Origin: Candidatus Poribacteria bacterium
Lineage (GTDB): Bacteria; Poribacteria; WGA-4E; PCPOR2b
Length of the DNA stretch: 64,000 nucleotides
NCBI GenBank assembly: GCA_965218095.1
Contig: OZ244587.1
Span: 1,952,001 to 2,016,000 of the forward strand
Direction of reading: 5' to 3'
In this document: one piece after another, positions 18,641 to 28,480 of the stretch
Layout: each line of letters begins with the position of its first letter
How positions within the stretch are numbered: position 1 is the first letter of the stretch
The notes under the pieces: generated by a model
Told to the model about the DNA's origin: nothing
The model's database searches: none
Seen by the model: the letters and a program-made list of their open reading frames with translations, nothing else
Made by a program: the position numbers and the translations under genes

Positions 18641-19825
18641 ATGCGTCCTAAACATTGGTTTTCGCTCATCTTATGTACTGTTTTCATTGGTTTGCTGTTC
18701 TCCCCACAAACGCAAGGGTTCATCCATCGGGAATTTACGATCCGTGAGATTCTCGATGGAAGCACAAACATCGTCTTTGGCAAGATTAAAAGTGTCAATA
18801 CCAAGAAGCTGAATACCATCATTGCGGTGGAAGAGGATGTCAAGGAGGAAAAAATTGATGAGATTAAGCTCAACATTGCCACCGGATGGTACGTCCGTGG
18901 GAGCTCCCCACAGAAAATGACCAAACTTCTCAAGGTTGGCATGCCTCTCATTCTTTTCTACCAGCAGACGCACAGAATCGAAGGTCTAGGGTATTTCGAT
19001 GGCACATGGTTTCGGACCCGCACTGGACACCCCGATGCGTGGTGGACTTTCACTCATCTGTGCCCATATATGCCACGCACATTTAGTGGCACGACCATGG
19101 AATTCCGGGAGGTCATCCGAGCGATCCTTGCCGGTGAGAAATGGGGTGCTGCCCCTGAAAACGCCGTGAAGGTGCTCGTCTTGACCGGTAATAGTACGGC
19201 AACCATGCCAGCCAACAGTCCTGTCCCTGTGCCGACGAATACAGTCAGCTATGAATATAACGCCATCAGATCTGTCCACGAGGCAGGTGAAAAGCCGATG
19301 GCTTATGAGTCCTCTCGCGATCGCTCGCTCCCGGATCTGGACACAGCAGATATCTTGTGGGTTGGTCATGGCGAGATCGCCTATCGGGGCTACTTGCTCA
19401 ACAAAGAAGCCGAGGAGAAAGTCAAAGCCTTTGTGGAAAATGGTGGGCTTGTAGTCGTCAGTGGTCAGGACGCAGATCGGGAAAAGCCCTTTGAAATCGG
19501 CTGGTTGGCGGGAAGTTTGAGCGGTATTGAACATCGCCCGACGCGGGATTTCGAGGTGACTGAACAAGGGAAGAGGCTGTTTGCCGAACCCAATCCGGTT
19601 GAATCAGGGCAACTGTATATTGATGACACCTGGACGGATTGGGATGGAGATTTTGAAGTGCTGGCGACCGCCAACGATGGAAAAGACTTCGTTGTTGGGG
19701 TTCGGAAACATGGCAAGGGGTTGTACATTATTACGAGCTTGCGTAATGATAAACAATCGACCGTCAAGGGGAATAAGAAGCTGATGGAGAATATCCTCTA
19801 TTACGCTGCGAACTGGTCGCAATAG
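18641..19825 (+). CDS. Secreted hypothetical protein with a C-terminal GATase-like domain
   Basis: Signal peptide; KVKAFVENGGLVV and GKGLYII patterns. Confidence 0.7.
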   Translation: MRPKHWFSLILCTVFIGLLFSPQTQGFIHREFTIREILDGSTNIVFGKIKSVNTKKLNTIIAVEEDVKEEKIDEIKLNIATGWYVRGSSPQKMTKLLKVGMPLILFYQQTHRIEGLGYFDGTWFRTRTGHPDAWWTFTHLCPYMPRTFSGTTMEFREVIRAILAGEKWGAAPENAVKVLVLTGNSTATMPANSPVPVPTNTVSYEYNAIRSVHEAGEKPMAYESSRDRSLPDLDTADILWVGHGEIAYRGYLLNKEAEEKVKAFVENGGLVVVSGQDADREKPFEIGWLAGSLSGIEHRPTRDFEVTEQGKRLFAEPNPVESGQLYIDDTWTDWDGDFEVLATANDGKDFVVGVRKHGKGLYIITSLRNDKQSTVKGNKKLMENILYYAANWSQ

Positions 19826-19836
19826 ATCAAAAAAGG

Positions 19837-20106
19837 CTAATCGGCTTCGTTGAAGCCTATTTCAATCAATTTCGACAATTCTTCGACGGCTTCTTTTTCG
19901 TCTGGACCTTCTGCGGTAATCGTCAGTTGTGTGCCTTTTCCCGCCGCTAACATCATAATTCCCATAATACTTTTTGCGTTTACTTTCATCAGGCCTTTCT
20001 GCATATAGATGTTGGACGAGAACTGATTTGCAGTTTCGGACAGTATTCCAGCGGGGCGTGCATGTAAGCCAAGCGAATTGCGAACTGTGACTACTTTTTC
20101 AAGCAT
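19837..20106 (-). CDS. ptsH: Phosphocarrier protein HPr
   Basis: GLHARPA, VNAKSIMGIMML, AEGPDE. Confidence 0.95.
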   Translation of the reverse strand: MLEKVVTVRNSLGLHARPAGILSETANQFSSNIYMQKGLMKVNAKSIMGIMMLAAGKGTQLTITAEGPDEKEAVEELSKLIEIGFNEAD

Positions 20107-20242
20107 GACGACCTTCCTTATCAGCTGATGGGCGATGGGGGTTTGACCGCTCACCTTTCACTATCCACAATCTGGAATCGGCGGATACGCGATAATGCCT
20201 GACTTACCACCTCCACAGGCACGAGCGGCTGGATGCTGAACG

Positions 20243-21262
20243 CTAAATTATTTTCGACCTGGTTGGATGCAGAATTTCACGATGAAGGGTGACATGTTGC
20301 CACTCGTCAAGCACCGTTTCAGCGTTTTGACTACGCATCTCGTCAATGAGGGCTGTGTTGAGGTCTTTTGCTGCGTGAAATCCCAATTTTTGTCCCCAGA
20401 GATTCATCGCTGCAGCTTCGATTAGATTGGAGATATTTCGCCCGGGCGCCACGGGGATGACAACATGCGGTATACGTTCGCTGTGAAAGCCGTAAACATC
20501 ATTATCAAGCCCCGTCCGATTGTACGCCTTATTTTCGTCCCAAAGTTCGAGCGTCACGACAAGCTCAACCTGCGTGCGATCTCCGACCGCAGTGACACCA
20601 AAGAGGGCAATCACATCAATAATTCCTAAGCCACGAACTTCCATGTAGTGCTTCAGCGGTTGGGCGCGCATCCCGAAAACACGGTGCCCTGATACGCGTT
20701 TCAAAAGAACGGTATCGTCGGCAATGAGGCGATGCCCCTTTTGCAGGAGTTCTAGGGCGCATTCGCTTTTGCCAATCCCACTTTCACCGAGGATTAACAC
20801 GCCAACCCCAAACACATCGACTAAATTCCCATGGAGATACTCCGACGGACCAAATTCATCTTCGAGGAATAGCAGCAGCCGTGTTGTAAAAATCGCAGAT
20901 GATAGGCGAGTGGTCAAGATTGGCACATGCGCTCCGTTACCAACGGCAATAAGTTCTGGAGAGGTTGGTAGACCGCTCGTGACAACGACACACGGGATGG
21001 GATATAAAAGCAATTTTTTTAATACGTCAGATCGGGCAGAAGAAGAAAGGCTTTCTAGATACGACATTTCCCCGTGTCCCAAAATCTGGACACGCTCATG
21101 CCCAAAGTGGTCATAATGTCCACAAAGAGCAAGTCCCGGACGATTTGATTCCGCTGTTTTGATTTCGCGATCTAGTCCATCATGCCCGGCGGCAATCTCA
21201 AGCTGCAGTTCATAACCCGCATATTTAATCAACTGATGAACTGTCATTATATGGTCTGGCAT
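20243..21262 (-). CDS. hprK: HPr kinase/phosphorylase
   Basis: NRPGLAL, GESGIGKSECALEL, LIADD, EVRGLGII. Confidence 0.96.
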   Translation of the reverse strand: MPDHIMTVHQLIKYAGYELQLEIAAGHDGLDREIKTAESNRPGLALCGHYDHFGHERVQILGHGEMSYLESLSSSARSDVLKKLLLYPIPCVVVTSGLPTSPELIAVGNGAHVPILTTRLSSAIFTTRLLLFLEDEFGPSEYLHGNLVDVFGVGVLILGESGIGKSECALELLQKGHRLIADDTVLLKRVSGHRVFGMRAQPLKHYMEVRGLGIIDVIALFGVTAVGDRTQVELVVTLELWDENKAYNRTGLDNDVYGFHSERIPHVVIPVAPGRNISNLIEAAAMNLWGQKLGFHAAKDLNTALIDEMRSQNAETVLDEWQHVTLHREILHPTRSKII

Positions 21263-21282
21263 TCGACCGTTCCTCTGGCAGA

Positions 21283-21852
21283 TTACGCAAACTGAGGTTC
21301 AACCCAGCCATATTCGCCATTGTCTTCTTCATACACAAGATTGACTTGATTCGTCTGAGCATTCAAGAAAAGAAGCAATGAGTCCCCGGAAATCCGGAGC
21401 TGCATCACAGCTTCTTCCAGGGTCATTGGCTTGGTTGCAAACTTCTCGGGGGCGCTGAAGAGAGAAAGCGACGCATCTGCCGAATCATCCGTATCAGATT
21501 TCAGTGGTACCACTTCCCCATCCCCACTGAGTTGAACCGCTACATCGCGCCGAGCCAGACGATGTCGACGGTCCTTTAGCCGTTCTTTATGACGGCGAAT
21601 CTGTTCCTCAACTTTGTTCATCACATCGTCGAGCGACGAAAACAGATCATGTGTTTCGGCTTCCGCATGGAAAGTCGCCTTTCGCGTTGCGAGCGTAATC
21701 TCAGTTGAGTAGCGGTGTTTCTCCAATTCTATAACAACCTGCAAATCAACAATACGCTTAAAGATCGCTTCAACTTTCCCGGCCCGCCTTTCAATATAAG
21801 CTCGAATATCATCCGTAATTTCAAGGTGACGACCGGTAATATGGGTGTGCAT
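21283..21852 (-). CDS. hpf: Ribosome hibernation promoting factor (long HPF)
   Basis: ITGRHLEITD, EQIRRHKERL, KPMTLEEAVMQL. Confidence 0.93.
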   Translation of the reverse strand: MHTHITGRHLEITDDIRAYIERRAGKVEAIFKRIVDLQVVIELEKHRYSTEITLATRKATFHAEAETHDLFSSLDDVMNKVEEQIRRHKERLKDRRHRLARRDVAVQLSGDGEVVPLKSDTDDSADASLSLFSAPEKFATKPMTLEEAVMQLRISGDSLLLFLNAQTNQVNLVYEEDNGEYGWVEPQFA

Positions 21853-21927
21853 CTCAGGCCCCCTTTTATTGAATTGACACTTGATTATCGATTAAAGATT
21901 CGTCAATGACCAATTGTTGATTATCAG

Positions 21928-23631
21928 TTACCATTTTCGCTTTCTTTTGCTCGACGGGAGGATATCAAGTTCTTCGCGGTATTTTGCAACTGTTCGTCTT
22001 GCGGCACGGATGCCCTGGGCTTTCAACGCATCAGCGATTGCCCGATCACTCAACGGTTTCGCCAGATCTTCTTTCGCAATCATCTCCTTAATCTTCTCTT
22101 TGACTATGGTAGCAGACACATTCGACCCGGAGTCGGTCGGGAGTTCGCCGCTGAAAAAGTATTTCAACCTGTAGGTACCTTGAGGCGTTTCAACATACTT
22201 ATTCGATGTGACCCGGCTGACTGTTGATTCATGGACGCCAGCCATTTCTGCTATCTGCTTCAGCACTAAAGGTTTAAGCCCTTTAACGCCCTGTTCAAGG
22301 AAATCCGCTTGCACTTCAAAAATGGCTTCCGTTACCCTTGCTATCGTCTGGCGACGCTGGACAACACTTTGTAACAGGTCTCTTGCCTGGGCTCTACGAT
22401 TCTCTAGCCACCCTTTCGTTTCATCATCTAAGTTCTTCTTTCCATTCGTCATCCAATCAATATAGACTGGATTTAAACGAAGTCGAGGCATGCCGTCGTC
22501 ATTTGTTAGGACCCGGTATTTTCCGTCGACTTTTTCAATGATGACATCAGGTATGATTGCCTGGGGGGCCCTTGGATCTGTCGGATCCGAGAAGTGGCGT
22601 CCGGGATAAGGATCCAAGCGACTCATTGATTCACATGCTTCGACCACTTTACTGATCTCTATATCGAGTGCTTGGGCGATACGCTGCAGGTGATTATTCA
22701 ACAGATCATCAAAGTGATTCCTGATAATTTCTTCGCCGAGAGGATTATCAATCTGAGCGGCTTTCATCTGTATCAGAAGGGTTTCTGGAATTGTCCGGTA
22801 AGCGATGCCGGTGGGTTCAAAATTATTCTGGATGAAGTATAAGACATCTTCTACCTCATCGACTTCACAACCGACCGCAGTCGCAATGTCTTCGAGGGTG
22901 ATGTTGTAAATATTTAACTGATTATCCTCCTTCTTAACGGTGCAGGTCTGTTCATTGTCCTCATCAGTTATCAGCCATCCACTATCTTCAGATTTCACAG
23001 TAACAGTAACATTTTGAGACAGCGAAATCTTATTATTTTCAAGTGCCTTACGCAGCCCTTTTTCGATTTTTGTTCGCAGACTTTCTGAGAGAACGCCGCT
23101 GTCCAAATCACTTTGAAACTCCAAATCTATACTAAACAGAGGGACAACCTTGAACTGACCGTTATCGTCAAGATTGCCAATAATCTGCTCACCAATTCTC
23201 CGTTCCGTCTCTGAAAAGGGAGCGACATTGAGTTGCCCCATTAGAAAATCAGGCAGCGATTCAGGTTGAGCGATATCCACCGGACGCCCATCCGCGTTCT
23301 CCCAATGTTCAAACGTGGCTTTTTCACTCAAGTTAATCATGTCATCAAAGCAGTTTTCCCACTCAATATCTGGCTCCTTATCTTCACGGTCGACAATCTC
23401 TTCAGGTTCATTCCATTGGGTATCCGGATCGAGTCCTTCTAAATCCGTGATCTCTTCGATCTCGCCATCATCCGGTACCTCCTCTAAGAGCGGATTTTGC
23501 TCCAATTGCTGACTCAAGTGTTGCGTCAGATCCAGCCGTGACATCAGAAGTACCTGAATCGCTTGCTGTAGTTTGGGCGTCATGACCAGCCGGTGCTGTA
23601 AGCTCACGGTTTGTCTCATTCCAATGTTCAT
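21928..23631 (-). CDS. rpoN: RNA polymerase sigma-54 factor with an internal insertion of about 82 aa
   Basis: MTPKLQQAI, HESTVSRVT.NKY, RpoN box ARRTVAKYRE. Confidence 0.96.
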   Translation of the reverse strand: MNIGMRQTVSLQHRLVMTPKLQQAIQVLLMSRLDLTQHLSQQLEQNPLLEEVPDDGEIEEITDLEGLDPDTQWNEPEEIVDREDKEPDIEWENCFDDMINLSEKATFEHWENADGRPVDIAQPESLPDFLMGQLNVAPFSETERRIGEQIIGNLDDNGQFKVVPLFSIDLEFQSDLDSGVLSESLRTKIEKGLRKALENNKISLSQNVTVTVKSEDSGWLITDEDNEQTCTVKKEDNQLNIYNITLEDIATAVGCEVDEVEDVLYFIQNNFEPTGIAYRTIPETLLIQMKAAQIDNPLGEEIIRNHFDDLLNNHLQRIAQALDIEISKVVEACESMSRLDPYPGRHFSDPTDPRAPQAIIPDVIIEKVDGKYRVLTNDDGMPRLRLNPVYIDWMTNGKKNLDDETKGWLENRRAQARDLLQSVVQRRQTIARVTEAIFEVQADFLEQGVKGLKPLVLKQIAEMAGVHESTVSRVTSNKYVETPQGTYRLKYFFSGELPTDSGSNVSATIVKEKIKEMIAKEDLAKPLSDRAIADALKAQGIRAARRTVAKYREELDILPSSKRKRKW

Positions 23632-23682
23632 GACTTAATCTCCTCAACGGCCGCAACGCAACCTACTGCTTATGACTTTATA

Positions 23683-25038
23683 TCACAGCTGTTTTGCTAA
23701 AATGTAACCTATTAGCAGTCCTATGATTAACCAACCCCAACGTATTGCCATCAACTTTGATAATTTCTCCGAAAAAAATTGATTTGACTCACTTAGCGTG
23801 GTTTTCACCTCGCCTATTAGTGACGTTTCATTTTCGGATTCAGATCCAATCAATTTCTGGAATATGATTTTTACCTTCTTCTGAAGAAACTCTAGCTGCC
23901 TATTGGCTCTTAGTATTGGGTCTTCAATTTCATTAAATGGGACGTCACCATCTTCATCTGCAAACCATTCGGGATGTTCCTGCGTAAATCGTTCTACTTG
24001 CCACCTGAAGGCATTGGGATAGTCTAACTCGTGATGTGGATGTTTATAATCCCAACAACATCGATCCAACTCCTCCCGAACGGCCTTATTTATATAGAGT
24101 TCCGGATTATATAATGCTCCATCAAGAAATTTGTCATTGTCTTTTTCAAACAATTCCCTTACTTCTTCTGGTTTGTGTGCGCTGAACCTACGATAATATG
24201 ATTCTCTCAAAACAATGTCATCGCTGTCTTTTAACGACTCAAATTCGGATCCATATTCTTCGATCAGTCTAGCTAGGGCAAAACGGCAACGTTCAAAACA
24301 CCAATCGCTTCCTATATCCCATCTTTTTATTGTTGCAAACACATCCATGTCGTGAGGTCTGGATGGGATTAACTTGTTTCCGAGTTCAGAAAGTACGCCT
24401 ACAGAGTCGTTGTCTACTGGCAGAGTTTCAAACAGTTTCCAACTAGCGGTGAATACCGCGTCATATGACATCTCGCTCATAAAATCCTGTTCTCCATCAT
24501 ACGGGGTGCCAAGACGGGGATTAGAAGTAGTGTACTGTAATGCCATAAGCCATTGTAGATCTGTCAGACTTTCGAAAGGTGCTCGTCTTTCGTATAAGGA
24601 CACTAGCAACCTATCAGGAATAAATTTGTTTAACAAAAACGATTCCAGTAATTCCTGTTCATCATCAAAAGACTCTAGAATTTCCTTTAAGACTTCATGC
24701 AACCAAGTGCGTGAGAAAACACGCCCCGCAACGGAGGGACCGGCCAACACCGCTTTCTTTATCGTGCGGTCACCATTCCTAAAAAGGCTCAACGCTGTCT
24801 CTCCTGATAAATTTGCATACAATGCCAAACCTAGGTTTATTAAGGGCTCATGACGTTCAACTAGAACTTTTTCAATTTCTTCTGCTATCTTTACGGAGTA
24901 GTGTATTTCTGTTATACTTGCGTCGTGGTATTTCGACATGTTTTCTCTTAACCACTTAAAGACCACGTCCGCACTTGCATGAGAGAGCCAGTACGATGTA
25001 AATTCGTGATTTTCCATCATCTTATCTTTTTCCATCAC
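23683..25038 (-). CDS. Hypothetical helical protein with C-terminal TM helix, lying between lptB and rpoN
   Basis: 451-aa open frame, visibly AT-richer than the flanks, C-terminal WGWLIIGLLIGYIL. Confidence 0.7.
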   Translation of the reverse strand: MMEKDKMMENHEFTSYWLSHASADVVFKWLRENMSKYHDASITEIHYSVKIAEEIEKVLVERHEPLINLGLALYANLSGETALSLFRNGDRTIKKAVLAGPSVAGRVFSRTWLHEVLKEILESFDDEQELLESFLLNKFIPDRLLVSLYERRAPFESLTDLQWLMALQYTTSNPRLGTPYDGEQDFMSEMSYDAVFTASWKLFETLPVDNDSVGVLSELGNKLIPSRPHDMDVFATIKRWDIGSDWCFERCRFALARLIEEYGSEFESLKDSDDIVLRESYYRRFSAHKPEEVRELFEKDNDKFLDGALYNPELYINKAVREELDRCCWDYKHPHHELDYPNAFRWQVERFTQEHPEWFADEDGDVPFNEIEDPILRANRQLEFLQKKVKIIFQKLIGSESENETSLIGEVKTTLSESNQFFSEKLSKLMAIRWGWLIIGLLIGYILAKQL

Positions 25039-25095
25039 GCTGATAGTACCTTCTTTGTCCCATCGCTGTACGGCAGGTATCCGCAGATGATTGCG

Positions 25096-25839
25096 TTATA
25101 TCCGGTCTCGACGCAGTTCAAAGTTATGCCCGAAGTAAAGTTCCCTGGCAACTTCGTTTTCAACCAATGCCTCAGGGGCGCCATCAAGCGTGATTTTGCC
25201 ATCTGTAATCAGATAGGCGCGATCAACAATCCCCAAGGTCTCTGCTGCGTTGTGATCTGTTATTAAGATGCCCAGATTCCGATCGCGTAGGTGTAAAATC
25301 AGGCGCTTAATATCTTGAACCGCAAGTGGATCTATGCCCGAAAATGGCTCATCTAATAACATAAAAGACGGAGAAGCTGCAAGTGATCTGGCTATTTCAG
25401 CGCGGCGACATTCGCCCCCCGAAAGAGTATACGCTTTACGATTCGCTAACTGGGAAATGCCAAGTTCTTCCATCAGTTGTTCGCTTCGCTGTTCACGCTC
25501 GTCTTTGGGAATATCAAGCACCTCTAAAATAGCTTCGATGTTCTGTCTGACTGTCAGCTTCCGAAAGATTGAAGATTCTTGCGCGAGATACCCAATGCCT
25601 CGTCGTGAGCGTTTATACATCGGCAAAAATGTGATGTCTTCGCCATCATAAACAATCCGCCCTGCATTTGGGCGAATAAGCCCAACAACCATATAAAATG
25701 TGGTTGACTTTCCTGCCCCGTTTGGTCCGAGCAAACCAACAATCTCACCTGTTTGAACTTCAAGGCTCACTTGATTGACAACTATGGGCCCCCGCCTTGA
25801 ATAGCTTTTGACAAGTTCATGGGTTTGAAGTATCGACAT
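25096..25839 (-). CDS. lptB: LPS export ABC transporter ATPase
   Basis: GPNGAGKSTTFYM, LPMYKR, DEPFSGIDP, ITDHN. Confidence 0.95.
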   Translation of the reverse strand: MSILQTHELVKSYSRRGPIVVNQVSLEVQTGEIVGLLGPNGAGKSTTFYMVVGLIRPNAGRIVYDGEDITFLPMYKRSRRGIGYLAQESSIFRKLTVRQNIEAILEVLDIPKDEREQRSEQLMEELGISQLANRKAYTLSGGECRRAEIARSLAASPSFMLLDEPFSGIDPLAVQDIKRLILHLRDRNLGILITDHNAAETLGIVDRAYLITDGKITLDGAPEALVENEVARELYFGHNFELRRDRI

Positions 25840-26446
25840 TATCTTCTTCCTTCTGGTCTGACTCGGATTTCTTTTTTTCCTTGACGCGAACCTTGAATTT
25901 TATGTTTCCTTTTCCTATCCGTTTACCGGTACGGCGGTTAAACGTGAAAAAATCTGCTTCCAATCGATCTTCATTTTGGAGAACGACAACGTTATCGTGA
26001 AGCTCTATCATATCAGTGATGTGGTCCAAGATCGCGTGCTCACAAGTGGCAAAGGTATCCCCATCGCGAAGCTCGACGTTTCCTTCAGCAACGGTTTGGG
26101 TCGTTTCATTCGTCTCAACATCTTCATAGATGGTCACTTTATTGGCATTTAGGAAACCGTCAGGTCGGTTGATTTTAACATTACCCGTTAAAATGGTCCA
26201 GCCTTCCCCTTCATTTTGCTCAAACTCATCTGATGTTCCTTCAATTGTATCTTCTTCGTCGATTTCGTCGGTACTGTTGTCGCTGTCTTCCTCCTGCGGT
26301 GGTAGAAATGTCTCTGGTTCATCAGTTTCAGCAGCGCCTTTGAGCAAAAAGGAGGAGATAAACGTCAAACTGATTGCGCAAAGCAACAGTGCGAGGTAAC
26401 GGGACATTTTTGCGAAATCAATTCTCTGTTGCATCGATCTTTTCAT
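25817..26446 (-). CDS. lptA: LPS transport periplasmic protein, LptA/OstA family
   Basis: LTGNVKI, AEGNVEL beta-jellyroll pattern; position between lptC and lptB. Confidence 0.8.
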   Translation of the reverse strand: MKRSMQQRIDFAKMSRYLALLLCAISLTFISSFLLKGAAETDEPETFLPPQEEDSDNSTDEIDEEDTIEGTSDEFEQNEGEGWTILTGNVKINRPDGFLNANKVTIYEDVETNETTQTVAEGNVELRDGDTFATCEHAILDHITDMIELHDNVVVLQNEDRLEADFFTFNRRTGKRIGKGNIKFKVRVKEKKKSESDQKEEDNVDTSNP

Positions 26447-26999
26447 CCTTTGGGTAGATTTTGAATTGGGTATTTTTCATCGTAACAACTTCAAGCGTAG
26501 GATCGGCTTCCATTTCTCGACCAACCATTGTTGAGTCGCCACGCACAATCCTGGATTCATTCGGGGCATACAATTTGCCATCTTGATTTCGCCAATGAAG
26601 TTCATCGGTGTACAGCACTCCATCTTGACTCGTCCCAACGACATTATCAAAGACGTTAATATCATTGCTCGACTGAATAATCTCGCCGCGATCGCCTGTC
26701 ACCGTAATTGCCCACTTGCCGTTTTGAAAAATCTGGAGTGTTGGTTTTTGAACATACCCAATCTCTTTCAGGAATTCTGCTGAATCCGCAGCGAGCGTCC
26801 ACCGCGTTATGCCTGCTTCCGTGTGTTTGGTCGAGAAGTTGTGTAGTATTTGTTGAGGAATTTCTTCGACAGGTTGCGTCGGTTCTTCGCGACTCTTATC
26901 ACAACCAATGCAGGGTAAAATCAACGCAACAATCAATGCGGCTGATACGAGAAAACGTGGGCCGTGATACGTAATGCGTAAAACGTAAGGTTCGTCCAT
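26418..26999 (-). CDS. lptC: LPS export protein LptC
   Basis: WTLAADSA, LYTDELHW, G.EMEAD; synteny. Start uncertain (26999 or 27035). Confidence 0.8.
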   Translation of the reverse strand: MDEPYVLRITYHGPRFLVSAALIVALILPCIGCDKSREEPTQPVEEIPQQILHNFSTKHTEAGITRWTLAADSAEFLKEIGYVQKPTLQIFQNGKWAITVTGDRGEIIQSSNDINVFDNVVGTSQDGVLYTDELHWRNQDGKLYAPNESRIVRGDSTMVGREMEADPTLEVVTMKNTQFKIYPKDEKIDATEN

Positions 27000-27006
27000 T
27001 CGCCGA

Positions 27007-27894
27007 TTATTTAGGCTGTGTTTTCCAACGTTCATGCATCCAGATCCATTGCTCCGGGTAACGTCGAATATAAGATTCGATCACCTTTGTGAACCTCTGG
27101 GTGTTGACCAGGAGATCTTGCCCTCGATCGCCGCTCCATTGCAGGGGTAATGGGGCTTCGACAACTGCACGGTGTGAATCATCGGGTTGACGGATAATAA
27201 AAGTTGGCAAAATCGCAGCCCCCGTCTTGAGCGCAATAGCTGCGGGACTATAAGGCGTATAGGCAGGTCTGCCGAAAAAATCCACGAAAACCCCTTGGGT
27301 ACGTGTGTCTACATCCGCGAGAATGGCGATCAGTTCGTTCCGCTTCAAGCAGCGTAAGGCATCGCGAACTGATCTATCCCGATCTATGCCTTGCCATCCA
27401 ACCTTTTCCCGATAATCACTAACAATGGCGTCTAAACGCTTCGATCGTAACTGACGGGTGATGCCACGGATTGTATAGCTGTTTGCAAGGATGCTGGCAC
27501 CGAGAAGTTCCCAATTACCAAAATGTGCCGTCAGGATGATTGCGCCTTTACCTTGAGCGAGCGCGCGATCGATATGCTCTCTGCCTTCAAAGGTAACAAA
27601 CTGATGGATTTTCTCAGGAGACATGCAAGGAAACTGCATGAATTCCATCAAGTTTTTACCCATGTTGTGAAAACAATGTCGAACGAGTTGGCCTACTACA
27701 ATCGGGTCATCAAGCTGAAGGCTTTGTTTAAGATGCTTGTAGGCTCGATCCCTTTCGTGGCGCGAGAACCAAAAGACAATTGTTGCCAGATGAACACCGA
27801 TGGATAGCGCCATCTTACGAGGCAATCGAGCGATGCATCGACCTATACATTTTGCCGCAAATGCGTAACGGTAATCCTTGAGAGTACGCCACAT
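27007..27894 (-). CDS. Lipid A late acyltransferase (LpxL/HtrB family)
   Basis: TAHFGNWE, ILAD, VDFFG, YPEQWIWMHERWK. Confidence 0.92.
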   Translation of the reverse strand: MWRTLKDYRYAFAAKCIGRCIARLPRKMALSIGVHLATIVFWFSRHERDRAYKHLKQSLQLDDPIVVGQLVRHCFHNMGKNLMEFMQFPCMSPEKIHQFVTFEGREHIDRALAQGKGAIILTAHFGNWELLGASILANSYTIRGITRQLRSKRLDAIVSDYREKVGWQGIDRDRSVRDALRCLKRNELIAILADVDTRTQGVFVDFFGRPAYTPYSPAAIALKTGAAILPTFIIRQPDDSHRAVVEAPLPLQWSGDRGQDLLVNTQRFTKVIESYIRRYPEQWIWMHERWKTQPK

Positions 27895-28240
27895 ACTTTG
27901 TATTTGGTAGGTGTATTATAGCAAATCCAACCTTCAATGACAAGGGAATTTATGGTGAATTGGGAGGAATTAGGGAACAGTTGGCATAAAATTTGATACT
28001 TGGCGTGATTCTTTCAATTTTTCTGATTCCCTTTTCGTTCCAACGGCGTTAAATCAAAAAAGGTGTCTTCGAAGAGAAAAGCTATCCCCTTTGAAAACGC
28101 TATCAGGAAGATTGTAGCAAACTTTCAGAGTTGCGTCGAGAAAATTATCCGAATTTTTTACTTAATCGTGGGGTTTAAGTTTGTTAGAATAATTTAATCT
28201 CCCTACATCATCAAATCGTCTCGAAAGGTGGTGCAAAGTC

Positions 28241-28357
28241 ATGCGAGAAATGCTTAAACAGATCCGCTTTAGTGAACAAAATAGCATATCGGAAAATCAG
28301 GGAACTCGTCTTGACTCTGTCCATCTTTCTTTTGGGAGGGTTAGAACGGCTGCTTAA
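28241..28357 (+). CDS. Putative 38-aa small protein
   Basis: RBS-like AAAGGTGG, ATG...RVRTAA*, followed directly by a terminator. Confidence 0.4.
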   Translation: MREMLKQIRFSEQNSISENQGTRLDSVHLSFGRVRTAA

Positions 28358-28377
28358 ATCTCGTTTGGTGTAATGTA

Positions 28378-28416
28378 GAAAAGCCCGTAAGGCTGAGTTT
28401 CCTTGCGGGCTTTTTT
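28378..28416 (+). terminator. Intrinsic (bidirectional-type) terminator
   Basis: AAAAGCCCGTAAGG-loop-CCTTGCGGGCTTTTTT. Confidence 0.8.
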
Positions 28417-28480
28417 ATTTGGCACCCTCAATCTGAGATGGGGTTGCATCTCAGATGGATACCTTGTGAGGTTATATTTT

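Noticed and set aside
22903-23148. Intein in rpoN
   Set aside because: Too short, no N-terminal Cys/Ser, no His-Asn followed by Cys/Ser/Thr.
27981-27998. Sigma-54 promoter TTGGCATAAAATTTGAT
   Set aside because: The -12 element is GA rather than the near-invariant GC.
28241-28420. tmRNA (ORF ending in AA*)
   Set aside because: No tRNA-like 5' GGGG acceptor or 3' T-arm/CCA around it.
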